This document shows positions 39,001 through 48,865 of a stretch of 64,000 nt of DNA, piece after piece. Made by a program: the position numbers and the translations under genes. Source of the stretch: Cenarchaeum sp. (GTDB lineage: Archaea; Thermoproteota; Nitrososphaeria; Nitrososphaerales; Nitrosopumilaceae); contig CBDESU010000002.1 of the NCBI GenBank assembly GCA_965242695.1, forward strand, positions 800,001 to 864,000. The letters run 5' to 3'. Under the pieces are notes generated by a model. It was given only the letters and a program-made list of their open reading frames with translations, had not been told where the DNA came from and made no database searches. Every line of letters starts with the position of its first letter. The first letter of the stretch is position 1.

Positions 39001-41150
39001 TGATCAACGGCACGGCGCGCGCTAGGGCCGGCGGCACGGTCGCCGTGCTGTCTAGCGGGTTTGCAGACTCGCTCGAGGGGTGGGCGTACCGGCAGATCCC
39101 CGACATGAACGGCAACCGCATCTACTGCGGCGGCCGAAACAACACGGCATACTCGCTATCGCACTCGCAGGAGCACGGCGGGTCGGCCTACGTGAACCAT
39201 GTCCGTACCTGCTGGTTCGGCAACGCCGGCGCGATCAAGACGTTCGACGTGCCCGCGTCCCTGAACGGGACAGACCTCAACGTGACCGCCCGGTTCCAGA
39301 GCTTCACAGGGCTTAGGTACTCGACGGGCGGCCAGACAAACAACCTGCACGTGCTGGTCAGCGACTCGGCCGGCAACGTGCTGGCCAGCGGAGCCCTCTT
39401 CCAGGGCCTCCGCGACACCGTGGTGCGGGACACGGGCCTGCGCACTGCCACGCTCACCGTGCCATCGTTCGACTCGGGGCGGTGTCCGTGCACGGTGTCC
39501 GTGCACCTGCACGACCACTGGCTAACCAACTGGAGCCAGCGGTTCTACCTTGACGACCTAAGGATAGAGGGGCAGGTGCCCAGCACGTGCGGGGTCAGGC
39601 TGGCAAAGAGCATCATGGACGTGGGGTCGATGTCCCGGTACACGGGCATAAGCGGGTTCGACACCCAGACCGTGCACAACGACGGAAACCTGCCAATCTC
39701 GTCGCTTTCGGTCGCATACTCGAGGATTACGGGCTACGACTCGCGGGGCAGTCCCACATCGTTCACCCTCCCGCCATCGGGCGCGCAGCTGCGGTCCGCC
39801 GCGGCGGGGCTTGCATCATGGACGCCAGCGTCAAGCCTGGTGCAGTTCGGCGCGATCCCCGTGGGCGGCTCGCTCGACATACAGTACAGGTTCAACCTTG
39901 GCAGCGCGACCGTGATTCCGGCCGCCGTGACCCAGCTCCACCAGACGGCGACGTACAATGCAGTGTGCAGCGCTGCCGCCGCGCCTAGCGGCGCCGCGGG
40001 CGGGGCGGCGCCGGTCCACGCCGACGCCCACACCTCTGCGTCGCGGGCCCTGATCCTGCCCGTCAACTCGACGTCCCAGCCGCGGGACGGGCCGCAGGGC
40101 CCCGCGCCACCCGTTCCGTTCCCGCCGGCGCACCCGCTGCCACTTTCGACTCCGGCCGCGGCGGGGCCCGGCATCCGGGATCTGCTGGCCGGCGCGCCGC
40201 CGGCGGTGCACAGCACCCTAAAGGTGCACGAGCTGCTCGAAATGCATGCGTCGAACGGCACCAGGATCATCGTAACCGAAAAGTACGCGTACGACGCGGA
40301 CGTGGTCGTCGACTGGGACGACCATCCCGGGGCCGACCGCTACAAGGTGGTAGTGCACAGGGCGGGATCGCCGCAGAACCGCACCGCCGATGCGAACGTG
40401 ACCGAGTCGCGCTACCGGCTGACGGGCCTAGAGCCGTCGACCGAGTACGTCGTGCGCATCGGCGTCAGGGGAGACGACTCGACGCAGAGCGCGGTCCGGG
40501 CAGTCACCCTCCCGCGCGGCTCTGCGACCCTCCCGCCGGGCCTGCACCTGGAGGCGTCGCTGCGCGCCGCCTCGGACGCGATAGACCTGCGGTGGGGCGA
40601 CACGAACGGGGTCGGAGGGCTGGCCGGCGACGGCAGGTACCGCCTCGAGATGTCGATCGACGGCGGGCCGTTCGAGCCGTCCGGCGCGCGCCGGGACCAG
40701 GCCACAGGAGCGGAGCAGACGATCCGGCCCGAGTGGCTCGGCTCGACGCTCGCGTACAGGGTGTCCGAGCGGGTAGGCCCGCAGCAGCTGTTCTCGGGCA
40801 ACGCGACTGTGCAAATCCCGGACACCCTCCTGGCCCCGTCGAACTTGGCTGCCAGCCCCTCGGCTGGCGGCGGAGCCTCCCTGTCCTTGGGATGGGACCA
40901 CGCCCCGCTGTTCCGGCACTACGTGGTCGAGATGCAGGGAGCAGACGGCTCGTGGGAGCGCATCGGCCGCACGCAGGACAACTCGCTCGAGTACGAGCCC
41001 CCGCGGGGCGGCGGGAGTGCCGAGTACGTGTTTCGCGTCTATGCGCAGCTCGGCGCGGCCGCCTCGCCGCCGTCCGACGCGGCGGCTACCCGCATCGGCC
41101 CGCCTGCGCCGCCCGGCGGGGGCGTGACGGGGGCCGCGTCGGCCCCCTAG
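36030..41150 (+). pseudogene. Large secreted zinc metalloprotease / surface protein (~1675 aa when repaired) interrupted in frame by a MITE
   Basis: Signal peptide, thaumarchaeal PLKQ..C..PACV..RGW domain, HEFGH plus WTEGWA, C-terminal FN3-like domains; ORFs 35766-37445 and 37494-41150 share one frame and are separated by the insertion. Confidence 0.8.
37441..37535. mobile_element. MITE (91 bp plus TA duplication), IS630/Tc1-mariner type
   Basis: Imperfect 32-bp terminal inverted repeats (24/32 identical) TATAGTCCCGAGCA.../...TGCTCGTGACTATA; TA on both sides; removing it restores the reading frame. Confidence 0.85.
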
Positions 41151-41280
41151 GACGACCCGGCGGATCGAGCCGCCGCGGCGCCTCCTGCCCCCCGCGCCGC
41201 CCCCTTGTCAACACTTTTTGATCCCCCAGTGCGGAAAGCTTGACCCTGCAGGTAAAACCTGGCGGCCGGTAGGGGCGGGC

Positions 41281-42045
41281 ATGGCCAAGATCCGGCTGCG
41301 AATGGGACCGTGCGAGGTCGAAATAGAGTCTGGGGATTTTTACGTCGACAACGATACGGCATCCGCTGCCATCGACCGCATAGCAAGGTCGATGCAGAGA
41401 GTAGCGGCCCCGCGCGCCCAGGTCCTGGCTGCCCCCGAAGAGGCCGCCGCCACCGCCACCGCCACCGCAGCTGCAGGCACCGCCGACGCAGGCAGCAGCG
41501 GCTACAACGGCAACGGCGGCGGCTACAGCGGGCGGGCAGCCGGGCGTGCAGGCGGATCTAGGCCGCTGCCAACCCCCGCGGCCGCGGCATCCACAGCCGC
41601 GGCCGCACCTCCTATTGCAGAGGCGCCGCCGATCCGCCGCGCAGCAAAAGCGGGGCAGGCCGCGCCTCTCCCGCAGCGCCGGCAGGAGTGCCCCGACCTG
41701 TCGTCCGTCCTCGACTGCCTTGACGAGGCCGAGGTCTTCGAGCCAGAGTTTGACGAGCCGCGCCGCGTGCCCCCCTCCGAGGTCGCATCCCGGCTCAGGG
41801 TGCTGGCGTCCGGCGGGTTCTTTGTGGAGCCGCGGACGGTGACGGAGGCGGTCGAAGGGATGGCCGAGCGGGGATGGCTCGCGGGGCCCCTCGACGTGTC
41901 AAAGGCGCTCGCGCGCATGTCCATGGGCAGAGAGATGCGGCGCGAGACGCGCGGGTACAAGACGTACTATTGCGGGGCGCAGGCGGCGGGGCCCGCTTCC
42001 CCTCCTCCCCTTGCCGGGCCCGCGCCCGTCCCCGTTCCCTCGTAG
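41281..42045 (+). CDS. Hypothetical protein (N-terminal beta domain, low-complexity linker, C-terminal wHTH-like)
   Basis: MAKIRLRMGPCEVEIES...FFVEPRTV.E.V..M...GW.....DVSKAL. Confidence 0.7.
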   Translation: MAKIRLRMGPCEVEIESGDFYVDNDTASAAIDRIARSMQRVAAPRAQVLAAPEEAAATATATAAAGTADAGSSGYNGNGGGYSGRAAGRAGGSRPLPTPAAAASTAAAAPPIAEAPPIRRAAKAGQAAPLPQRRQECPDLSSVLDCLDEAEVFEPEFDEPRRVPPSEVASRLRVLASGGFFVEPRTVTEAVEGMAERGWLAGPLDVSKALARMSMGREMRRETRGYKTYYCGAQAAGPASPPPLAGPAPVPVPS

Positions 42046-42248
42046 CCGCACGTATCGCACGCGTCGAACGCGACGCCCTCTAGGTGGTCAAAGTGGGCCC
42101 CGCACGCGCCGCACGTGTGGTGCATGTCGTAGTACCCGTCTGCATCGACGTTCCCCACGCGCGTCGACAAAAGGTCGGCGCTCTTGCAGCGGATGCAGCG
42201 GCAGCCGCATGTCGCCCTCGCCGCCTTTGGCGCATCCCCGTCCCGCAC
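41967..42248 (-). CDS. Small Cys/His zinc-binding protein
   Basis: CIRC...HHTCGACGAHFDH...CDTC; GTG start inferred. Confidence 0.6.
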   Translation of the reverse strand: MRDGDAPKAARATCGCRCIRCKSADLLSTRVGNVDADGYYDMHHTCGACGAHFDHLEGVAFDACDTCGYEGTGTGAGPARGGGEAGPAACAPQ

Positions 42249-42366
42249 GGCCGGCGCACTTTTTACTCCCAATATAGCGGCACCCGCATGTCGCCCTCGC
42301 CGCCTTTGGCGCATCCCCGTCCCGCACGGCCGGCGCACTTTTTACTCCCAATATAGCGGCACCCGC
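42205..42366. repeat. Exact tandem duplication of a 79-bp unit covering a divergent promoter
   Basis: CCGCATGTCGCCCTCG...AATATAGCGGCAC at 42205 and 42284. Confidence 0.92.
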
Positions 42367-42368
42367 CG

Positions 42369-42584
42369 ATGGAGTCGGGAGGCGGCGAAAGCGGCGGCAG
42401 CCGGGACGGGGACGGCGCCGCCGGCCCGCCGCCGGCCCCGCGCGAGATACCCGAGGAGATCGACGACCACTACCGCATGTTCGGCAAGGAGCCGTGGGAG
42501 GTCGACTACAAGGAAAAGTGCGCGCTGTGCGATGCGTGGATAGACGAGTACGGGCTGTGCGCGTGCGACTCGGGCGGGGAATAG
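42369..42584 (+). CDS. Small Cys-containing hypothetical protein
   Basis: EIPEEIDDHYRMFGKEPWE...CALC...IDEYGLCAC. Confidence 0.7.
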   Translation: MESGGGESGGSRDGDGAAGPPPAPREIPEEIDDHYRMFGKEPWEVDYKEKCALCDAWIDEYGLCACDSGGE

Positions 42585-42597
42585 CGAGAACAGCCGC

Positions 42598-43731
42598 CTA
42601 TCGGGGGCTCCGCCGCCGCCGCGCCCATGCCAGGTACGCCGCCGCGCCGCCGCCAGCAGCTGCGATTCCCGCCGCAACGGCCAATATCACAGGGTCTGCG
42701 GCAGCCTCCTCCTGCCCGGGGGATGCGCCGCCGGACTCGTCCCCGTCCGCCGCAGTCTCCTGCCTTGATTCCCCTCCGTCCTTTTCGTCCCCTGCGCCGG
42801 GCCCCGCCCCGGCCCCCGCCGCCGCGCTGCCGAAGATGCGGACCGTCCCGTCCTCGGCCGGCCTGGCGCTCACGCCGATCATTCCGCCGCCGGCATCGAA
42901 CGTCGTCACCGGCGCACTCTCTCCGCCGATCTCGGCCCGGTACGGCGGGCCGAGCAGCCCAGGCGGGACGACGAGCGTGACCCACCTGCCGCCCGCATCG
43001 GAGACGCCGCCGGCCTCGTATGCTATGGACCCCGAGGCGGGATCGAACGCAAGGGGCCCCACCTCGGCGGCCGTCCACACGCCGACGTCGATCCGCTCCT
43101 TTTCCCCGCCGCCGCCGCCCATCTCGAACGTCTGCACGCCCCTCGGCTCGTCGACAGTAAACTCTAGCTCCATCTGGCAGCCGTGGCAGGTAAAGGCCCT
43201 GGCGCCCGTAAAGTGCACCGCCTGCCCGTTGACGAACGCCACGTCGACCCCGTCGGGGAGGGTGAACGAGGTGGTGGCCCTGTACAGGAACGACCAAGAG
43301 TAGGTGCTCGGCTCGGACAGCCGCATGGCCCCCTCGAGGCCGTACCTGACGAGCAGGCTGCCGCTGCCGGCCGGCACGACCGCATGCGAGCCGTCGCCCG
43401 AGACCTCGATGCCGCCTATTTCGCCGCCGTCCCCGCCGGCGCCGACCGCCCTGACGTCGACGAGCCTTGCCCCCTGGCTCCCGAGCAGCGGCACCCTCCT
43501 GGCCTCGCCTCCCCCGGCCACCTCGTGCTCCACGCTGACCGTCCCGTTCCCGAGTATTGCGACGGATGCAGACGGAACCCTGGCCTCGGGCAGCGGGGCC
43601 CTGACGGCGGCGGATGCCCCTGCCTCTTCCTGCCCGCTCGCTTCCGCGGCTCCCCCCGCGGCGGCAAGCACCGCCGCCGCCGCAGCCAGCATGCAAAACG
43701 CCGCGCCGCCGCGCCGCCCGTTCGCCGTCAT
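42598..43731 (-). CDS. Secreted membrane-anchored protein with a CHGC motif
   Basis: Signal peptide, FTCHGCQM, C-terminal TM plus RRRR. Confidence 0.75.
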   Translation of the reverse strand: MTANGRRGGAAFCMLAAAAAVLAAAGGAAEASGQEEAGASAAVRAPLPEARVPSASVAILGNGTVSVEHEVAGGGEARRVPLLGSQGARLVDVRAVGAGGDGGEIGGIEVSGDGSHAVVPAGSGSLLVRYGLEGAMRLSEPSTYSWSFLYRATTSFTLPDGVDVAFVNGQAVHFTGARAFTCHGCQMELEFTVDEPRGVQTFEMGGGGGEKERIDVGVWTAAEVGPLAFDPASGSIAYEAGGVSDAGGRWVTLVVPPGLLGPPYRAEIGGESAPVTTFDAGGGMIGVSARPAEDGTVRIFGSAAAGAGAGPGAGDEKDGGESRQETAADGDESGGASPGQEEAAADPVILAVAAGIAAAGGGAAAYLAWARRRRSPR

Positions 43732-44207
43732 TGCGAGATCGTAACCTTGAGCATGCGCGCCTCGGAGAGCGGGCAGTCGTTCGCGTCCCTCTCGAGCGCG
43801 ACTATCTTGTCGGCCACGTCCATTCCCTCGACGACCTCGCCGAACGCGGTGTACTGCCTGTCGAGGAACAGGCTGTCCGTGGTGACAATGAAGAACTGCG
43901 AGCCCGCGCTGTCCGGATCCGACGCCCTTGCCATCGAGACGGCGCCTCGCTTGTGCGGCCTAGGGTTGAACTCGGCCCTTATCGTGTAGCCTGGCCCCCC
44001 GCTGCCCCACTTCGACTTGTCGCCGCCCTTTGAGTTGGGATCGCCGCCCTGTATCATAAAGCCCGGAATGACCCTGTGGAAGAGGGTCCCGTCGTAGAAC
44101 CCCGACCCCGCGAGCTTTTCAAAGTTGCGCACCGTCTCGGGCGCCGCCTCTGGATCCAGCCTGAAGCGTATCGTGCCGTGGTTTGTCTCGATTACGGCCG
44201 TGGACAC
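43728..44207 (-). CDS. Cyclophilin-type peptidyl-prolyl isomerase
   Basis: FHRVIPGFMIQGGDP, SAGSQFFI. Confidence 0.95.
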   Translation of the reverse strand: MSTAVIETNHGTIRFRLDPEAAPETVRNFEKLAGSGFYDGTLFHRVIPGFMIQGGDPNSKGGDKSKWGSGGPGYTIRAEFNPRPHKRGAVSMARASDPDSAGSQFFIVTTDSLFLDRQYTAFGEVVEGMDVADKIVALERDANDCPLSEARMLKVTISQ

Positions 44208-44269
44208 GCCGGCGCGCCCCCGCCGCCCCTTATAGCCCTTGCGCGGCCGCCCTCAGCCGGGAAAGTCCC

Positions 44270-44379
44270 GGCCCCGCCCCCGCCCCCGAAACCCGCCCGG
44301 ACCGCCCCCCGCGCCGGGGCGGCGCGGGCGGATTGGCGCCTAGGCCCCGCCCCCGCCCCCGAAACCCGCCCGGACCGCC
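44270..44379. repeat. Two-copy 37-bp direct repeat (period 73) in a divergent intergenic region
   Basis: GGCCCCGCCCCCGCCCCCGAAACCCGCCCGGACCGCC at 44270 and 44343. Confidence 0.85.
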
Positions 44380-44507
44380 TCCCCGCCGGGAAAGACCCAG
44401 GCCCCGGCAGGCCCCAAACGGCCCTTCCGGCGGCCCTTTTTCCCGCCCCGAGGCCCCCTTTTGCGCCCCGCGAATTAGTTATATACAACGCAAATCGGAA
44501 AACCGGC

Positions 44508-44831
44508 GTGAGCTTCAAAGCGACAAAATCTACGGGCAGTGTAGACATCCAGACGCCGCCGCTGGAAGCGGGGGCCTTGACGGCCCCCGACGCGGCCGGG
44601 GATGCGCCCGAGCTGCGCAAGACAAGCCTGGTCAAGACGGCCATCAACACGTACCTCGAAGAGGGCATGACCGACAAGAACGCGCTGTACACAAAGGTCG
44701 TCAGCGAGCTAGGCGTCCCGCGCCCGTCCGTGAGGCGGATTGCCCGGGACATGCGGCTGCGCGACGAGCTTTTGGACAAGGTGAACGTGCTCCGGCCGGC
44801 CGTAGAGGCGCGAGCCGGCGCGCAGGCCTAG
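44508..44831 (+). CDS. Small HTH-like hypothetical protein
   Basis: TTATATA box at ~44479; LYTKVVSELGVPRPSVRRIAR. Confidence 0.65.
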   Translation: MSFKATKSTGSVDIQTPPLEAGALTAPDAAGDAPELRKTSLVKTAINTYLEEGMTDKNALYTKVVSELGVPRPSVRRIARDMRLRDELLDKVNVLRPAVEARAGAQA

Positions 44832-44883
44832 GCGGAGGCCCCTTTCTCTATTTTTTGGACATGCCCCGCGGGGATGCCGCCCG

Positions 44884-45582
44884 CTATTTCCAAGCCCTGT
44901 CGTCGCCGGTGTACCCGCACATGCCCATCCTCGGCGAGTTGACCACGGGCAGGAACGTCCCCTCGTCCACCTCGCCCTGGCCCTCGTCGTGCTCGTGCTT
45001 TTCGGCGCACTTTTTGCACAAGAGGCACTCCTTGTCCATCCACATGCACGACGTGCACACCTCGGCGGCCTTTCCCTTTGCGCCGCATATCCCGCAGTCG
45101 TGCGGGACGTCGTTGTTCCTGGCCACCACCTCTACGTCGTCCTCGCCGAGCCCCTCGCCGGGGCACGGGCAGACCATCTTGACGGTCAGGGAGGTCGGGG
45201 TGCCAAAGTCGTACTCGTAGCCGAGCGGCCCCTCACTGGACAGGACACTTATCGCATTGGCGTCCATCGACTTTGACTCGAGGTCACCCGAGTATCCTCC
45301 GCCGGGCTCTGCCGAGTCGTACGACGCGGTCTTTGACGTGAACGCGCTCAGGTGCTGGCAGCACTCGACCCACGTGTCCCTGATGAGGGTGTCCAGGTCG
45401 TCGAGGCTCGCCTTGCTGCCGACCCTGACGTACATCCAGTAGACTACGGACCCGCTGTTTGTGACCCTGACAAGGCCGGCGTCCCCGCCGCCCCTGCCCT
45501 CGAGGTGCCCCAGCACGTGGGCTCGCATCTTTTTTGCCGGCACGGCCTCCTTGCAGATCGCGCACGTGCCGTCCACGGCCAT
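44884..45582 (-). CDS. pRiA4b ORF-3 / TnpR-like family protein with zinc fingers
   Basis: LDDLD..IR..W.ECC.HLSAF, YEYDFG, NSPRMGMCGY. Confidence 0.8.
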   Translation of the reverse strand: MAVDGTCAICKEAVPAKKMRAHVLGHLEGRGGGDAGLVRVTNSGSVVYWMYVRVGSKASLDDLDTLIRDTWVECCQHLSAFTSKTASYDSAEPGGGYSGDLESKSMDANAISVLSSEGPLGYEYDFGTPTSLTVKMVCPCPGEGLGEDDVEVVARNNDVPHDCGICGAKGKAAEVCTSCMWMDKECLLCKKCAEKHEHDEGQGEVDEGTFLPVVNSPRMGMCGYTGDDRAWK

Positions 45583-45699
45583 GCGCCGTCCCGGCCGCGC
45601 CGGGATATAACCTGTCCGTATGGGAGGGAGAGCCGCGGCCGGGCGCGGCGAGCCGCGGCCGGCCGTCCGGGCGGCGCCGGCGGCGGCGCAGGGGCGCCC

Positions 45700-45791
45700 C
45701 GCCGCCCCGCGCCCCGCGACCCGGCAGCCTGCCCGCCGCTCCGCACGGCCGCCCGCCCCGCGCCCCGCGACCCGGCAGCCTGCCCGCCGCT
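45700..45791. repeat. Two-copy ~38-bp GC-rich direct repeat
   Basis: CGCCCCGCGCCCCGCGACCCGGCAGCCTGCCCGCCGCT twice; ends next to the palindrome CCGTTATAACGG. Confidence 0.8.
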
Positions 45792-45824
45792 ACCGTTATA
45801 ACGGCCGGCCGGCGGGGGCGCCGC

Positions 45825-46313
45825 GTGGGATACCTCTACAACCACCTCGCGACGGTCGTCTGCGGGGCGTTCGCCGCCGCCCTGTCGATCACGTGGGCCC
45901 TGATGGTCCCAGAGTACCCGCTGCTCAACTTTGTCTTCATAATGGCCGTGCCGATTGCGTGGTTTCTTGTCGCCATGTGCTGGCTGGCCCAGAAGAGCAC
46001 AGACTATGCCCACTCTGCCCACGGTGAAAAAAAAAGCTTGACTAGCGCCGCCGCGCAGGCCTCCTCTTCCGGCGGCCAGGTAGTCGCTACCGTCGAGGGG
46101 GGCGCCGGCGGCAGCGGCGGCCCCGAGGCGGAGCTGGCCGCGGCCAAGGAGAAGCTCTCGCGCGAGCTTGACGCGGTAAAGGACGACGCAAGGCTAAAGG
46201 ACACCGAGATTGCCCGCCTCAAGGGAGAGATAACCGACCTGCAGACGCTCGTGCAGATCGAGTCGCTAAGGGCCGAGCTTGCCAACCTAAAGGCGCTTGC
46301 GGCGAAGCGGTAG
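45825..46313 (+). CDS. Two-TM membrane protein with a C-terminal coiled coil
   Basis: Two hydrophobic helices, heptad-like tail; TTATAA ~25 bp upstream. Confidence 0.75.
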   Translation: MGYLYNHLATVVCGAFAAALSITWALMVPEYPLLNFVFIMAVPIAWFLVAMCWLAQKSTDYAHSAHGEKKSLTSAAAQASSSGGQVVATVEGGAGGSGGPEAELAAAKEKLSRELDAVKDDARLKDTEIARLKGEITDLQTLVQIESLRAELANLKALAAKR

Positions 46314-46534
46314 CGTGCCCTTAATGGATCGCGCAGTGCGGGCATGCGCGGTGCCCGTCCGCACCCCTGTGCATCTCCTTGCAACCGGGGCAGCTGATGG
46401 CGCCGCCGTAGTGGCACCTGCACGGGCACGTCTCGCCGTCCCTCCCGCCGGGCATCGCGGAACCGCCCGTACGGCCCCCTAAATACCGCGCCGCCCGGGC
46501 GAATGCGCCTGCGTTCCGGGATATCCTGCAGGGG

Positions 46535-47065
46535 CTAGCCGCGCAGCTTGGATGCCAGGTCTAGCGTGCCGTCGACGAGTTCCCTGAGCCTTGCGCGCGC
46601 ATCCTCGTCGGCGACGGCGCCGCCCGAGATCATATTGGCCGTCATGTACACGGCCTTTGGGTTCGGGTGTATCCCATAGTACACCATCATCTTTGAGAGC
46701 ATCACCTGCACGTCCGAAAAGCTCTGCTCGCTCGACGCCATCAGGGCGATGCCGGCGACCTTGCCCGAGTTTGCCTTGTAGTCGAGGAACTCGAAGAGGT
46801 TCTTGAGGGCCGAGCTGTACGACCAGTTGTACACGGGCGAGCCGATCAGCCACACGTCGGCCTCGCCGAGGTCCCTGATCGCCTGGCGCGTGGCCTCGCC
46901 GATCTCCCCGGGCGCCTGGCCTGCAAACCTGTCGATCGTCCCGTCGGCCAGGTTCAGGTACACGGTGTCGGGGTTTTTCGCCCTTGCGTGCTCGTACGCC
47001 TCGCGCATCATGTACTGCGTGTTGGCGCCCTTTCTGGGGCTCGCGGACACGACGACGACCTTCAC
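46535..47065 (-). CDS. NADPH-dependent FMN reductase
   Basis: SASPR..ANT, SPVYNWSYSSALKN. Confidence 0.9.
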   Translation of the reverse strand: MKVVVVSASPRKGANTQYMMREAYEHARAKNPDTVYLNLADGTIDRFAGQAPGEIGEATRQAIRDLGEADVWLIGSPVYNWSYSSALKNLFEFLDYKANSGKVAGIALMASSEQSFSDVQVMLSKMMVYYGIHPNPKAVYMTANMISGGAVADEDARARLRELVDGTLDLASKLRG

Positions 47066-47120
47066 GGCGCGCCGCGCGGCGGCCGCTATTTAAAGCCGCC
47101 CCGCGGCCTTTCGAGTTGGG

Positions 47121-47213
47121 CGGGCTCGGAGGGCTTCGATCCCTCGACCTGTAACTTAGGAGGCTACCGCGCTATCCATACTTCGCGCCTTTGCGGCTCT
47201 GCGCTACGAACCC
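47121..47213 (-). tRNA. tRNA-Arg(CCT) with an ~18-nt intron in the D-loop
   Basis: GGGTTCG/CGAGCCC acceptor, GTAGC-CT-CCT-AA-GTTAC anticodon arm; extra AGCCGCAAAGGCGCGAAG (47181-47198) in the D-loop. Confidence 0.88.
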
Positions 47214-47243
47214 GGCGCCCCGCCGCGGACGGACAATTTAAGC

Positions 47244-47975
47244 CTAGTCGGCGCCGCCGCGCCGCCCCTGCGGCGCCCCGCCCGCATCGGCCATCGACTC
47301 CCAGTCGGACTCCCCCCTGCGCCCCCACCTGTCCGAGTGGACGACCTGCCCGAGTCCGAGCCGCGGTAGCCACCCGGCCTCCTCGAGGCCGGGCCTTGGG
47401 GCAAATTTCTCGACGTGCCCCAGGCACAGGTACGCGACGGGCAGCACGCCTGCCGGTATGCCGAGCGCGCCGCGGACCGCATCGTTGGACAGTATGCTGA
47501 CCCACCCGACGCCGACGCCCTCGGCCCGGGCAGCCAGCCACAGGTTCTGCACTGCGCAGCACACGCTGTACACGCCCGTCTGGGGCATCGGACCGCGCCC
47601 GATGACGAACGGCCCGAACCGCGCCTCGTCGTACGTCACGCACACGTTGACCGGCGCATCGAGTATGCCCTCTAGCTTTAGCGACAGGTACAGGGCGCGC
47701 CGGTCGGGGTCGCCCTCCAGGTCGGCCGCCGCGGCCATCCTCTCCTCGTCGAACGACGCCTTGATCCTCTCGCGCGCCTCGCGGTCCCTGACTACGACAA
47801 AGTCCCACGGCTGCGAGAAGCCGACGGACGGGGCGTGGTGCGCCGCGTTGAGTATGCGCGCAAGCGTCGCGTCGCCCACGGGCCTGCCCGTGAACCCCGA
47901 CCTCACGTCGCGGCGGGCAAAGACGGCCTTGTACAGCCCCGCCCTTTCGTCGTCGGTGAGCTCGTTGCCGCCCAT
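47244..47975 (-). CDS. bluB: 5,6-dimethylbenzimidazole synthase
   Basis: RRDVR..F, APSVGFSQPW, LKLEGI, AVQNLWLAARAEGVGVGWVS. Confidence 0.93.
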   Translation of the reverse strand: MGGNELTDDERAGLYKAVFARRDVRSGFTGRPVGDATLARILNAAHHAPSVGFSQPWDFVVVRDREARERIKASFDEERMAAAADLEGDPDRRALYLSLKLEGILDAPVNVCVTYDEARFGPFVIGRGPMPQTGVYSVCCAVQNLWLAARAEGVGVGWVSILSNDAVRGALGIPAGVLPVAYLCLGHVEKFAPRPGLEEAGWLPRLGLGQVVHSDRWGRRGESDWESMADAGGAPQGRRGGAD

Positions 47976-48091
47976 GCCCTAGGCGCGGGGGCGCGGCCTT
48001 TTCTGCCTTTCGGCCTGCCCGCGCCCGCGCCCGCGCCGGGGTCGCCCGCCCGCCCGCAAGGTTAATAACGCCCGCCCGCCGAGGCGCCGCA

Positions 48092-48168
48092 GGGCCGGTA
48101 GTCTAGTTGGTCAGGACGTTGCCTTGACATGGCAAAGACCGTGAGTTCGAATCTCATCCGGCCCACCA
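48092..48168 (+). tRNA. tRNA-Val(GAC), CCA encoded
   Basis: GGGCCGG acceptor, TTGCC-TT-GAC-AT-GGCAA anticodon arm, GTTCGAATC. Confidence 0.96.
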
Positions 48169-48261
48169 CCACACTACCATCGCGCGCGCTGCCGCCAGCG
48201 CCGCATGCCGCCGCGCATCTGGCCGTCTCTTCGATGATCGACCGGGGCGCCCCGCCCGCGG

Positions 48262-48774
48262 TCATTCGCAGATCTCGTAGGGCGGGCGCGGCAGGGGGCA
48301 CTCGACTATAGACCAGGACGTCTCGACCATGATCGTCCCGGTCGCGTCGTACTCTACGCCGCCCTGCCCGGACACGATGGCATCGTACAGGCCGCCGTCG
48401 ACCGTATCCCTTGCCAGCACGAACGTGTTCTTGAGGGGTATTTCGACGCCGGCGTAGAACGCCGCGCGGCCGGGCATCGAGACGTCCTCGGTCGAGTACA
48501 CGCCGGCCCCGATCGGCTCGCCGTTGGCGTAGAGGTCGTACTTTATGACCGGGACGGTGAACGTCTTGTCCGACGGGTTGGCCACGAGGAACGACACCTC
48601 TAGCTTTGCCGTGTCGGATATGGTGTCGACGTCGACGACCCTGACGCCGTCCAGGTCGACCTCGACCTTTTCAAGCTCGGGGTTGTCGAGGCTCGCATAG
48701 TAGACGAACCCGCCCATCATGGCGAGCAGCGCGGCGATGGCGGCGAACACGGTCGCCCGGCTCTGCAGGTTCAC
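48262..48774 (-). CDS. Membrane-anchored LEA_2/WHy-like protein
   Basis: N-terminal TM; F.V.NPS, I.YDLYANG. Confidence 0.72.
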   Translation of the reverse strand: MNLQSRATVFAAIAALLAMMGGFVYYASLDNPELEKVEVDLDGVRVVDVDTISDTAKLEVSFLVANPSDKTFTVPVIKYDLYANGEPIGAGVYSTEDVSMPGRAAFYAGVEIPLKNTFVLARDTVDGGLYDAIVSGQGGVEYDATGTIMVETSWSIVECPLPRPPYEICE

Positions 48775-48865
48775 GCGCCGGCGCGCCGCCGGGGCCGATA
48801 AAAAGCGTTGGGCGCGCCCCTGCGCCCGCGAACAGATAATATCGAACCGCCGCCCCACCGGGCGC

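Noticed and set aside
44884-45582. pRiA4b ORF-3/TnpR-like gene as part of a mobile element
   Set aside because: No transposase, TIRs or target duplication nearby
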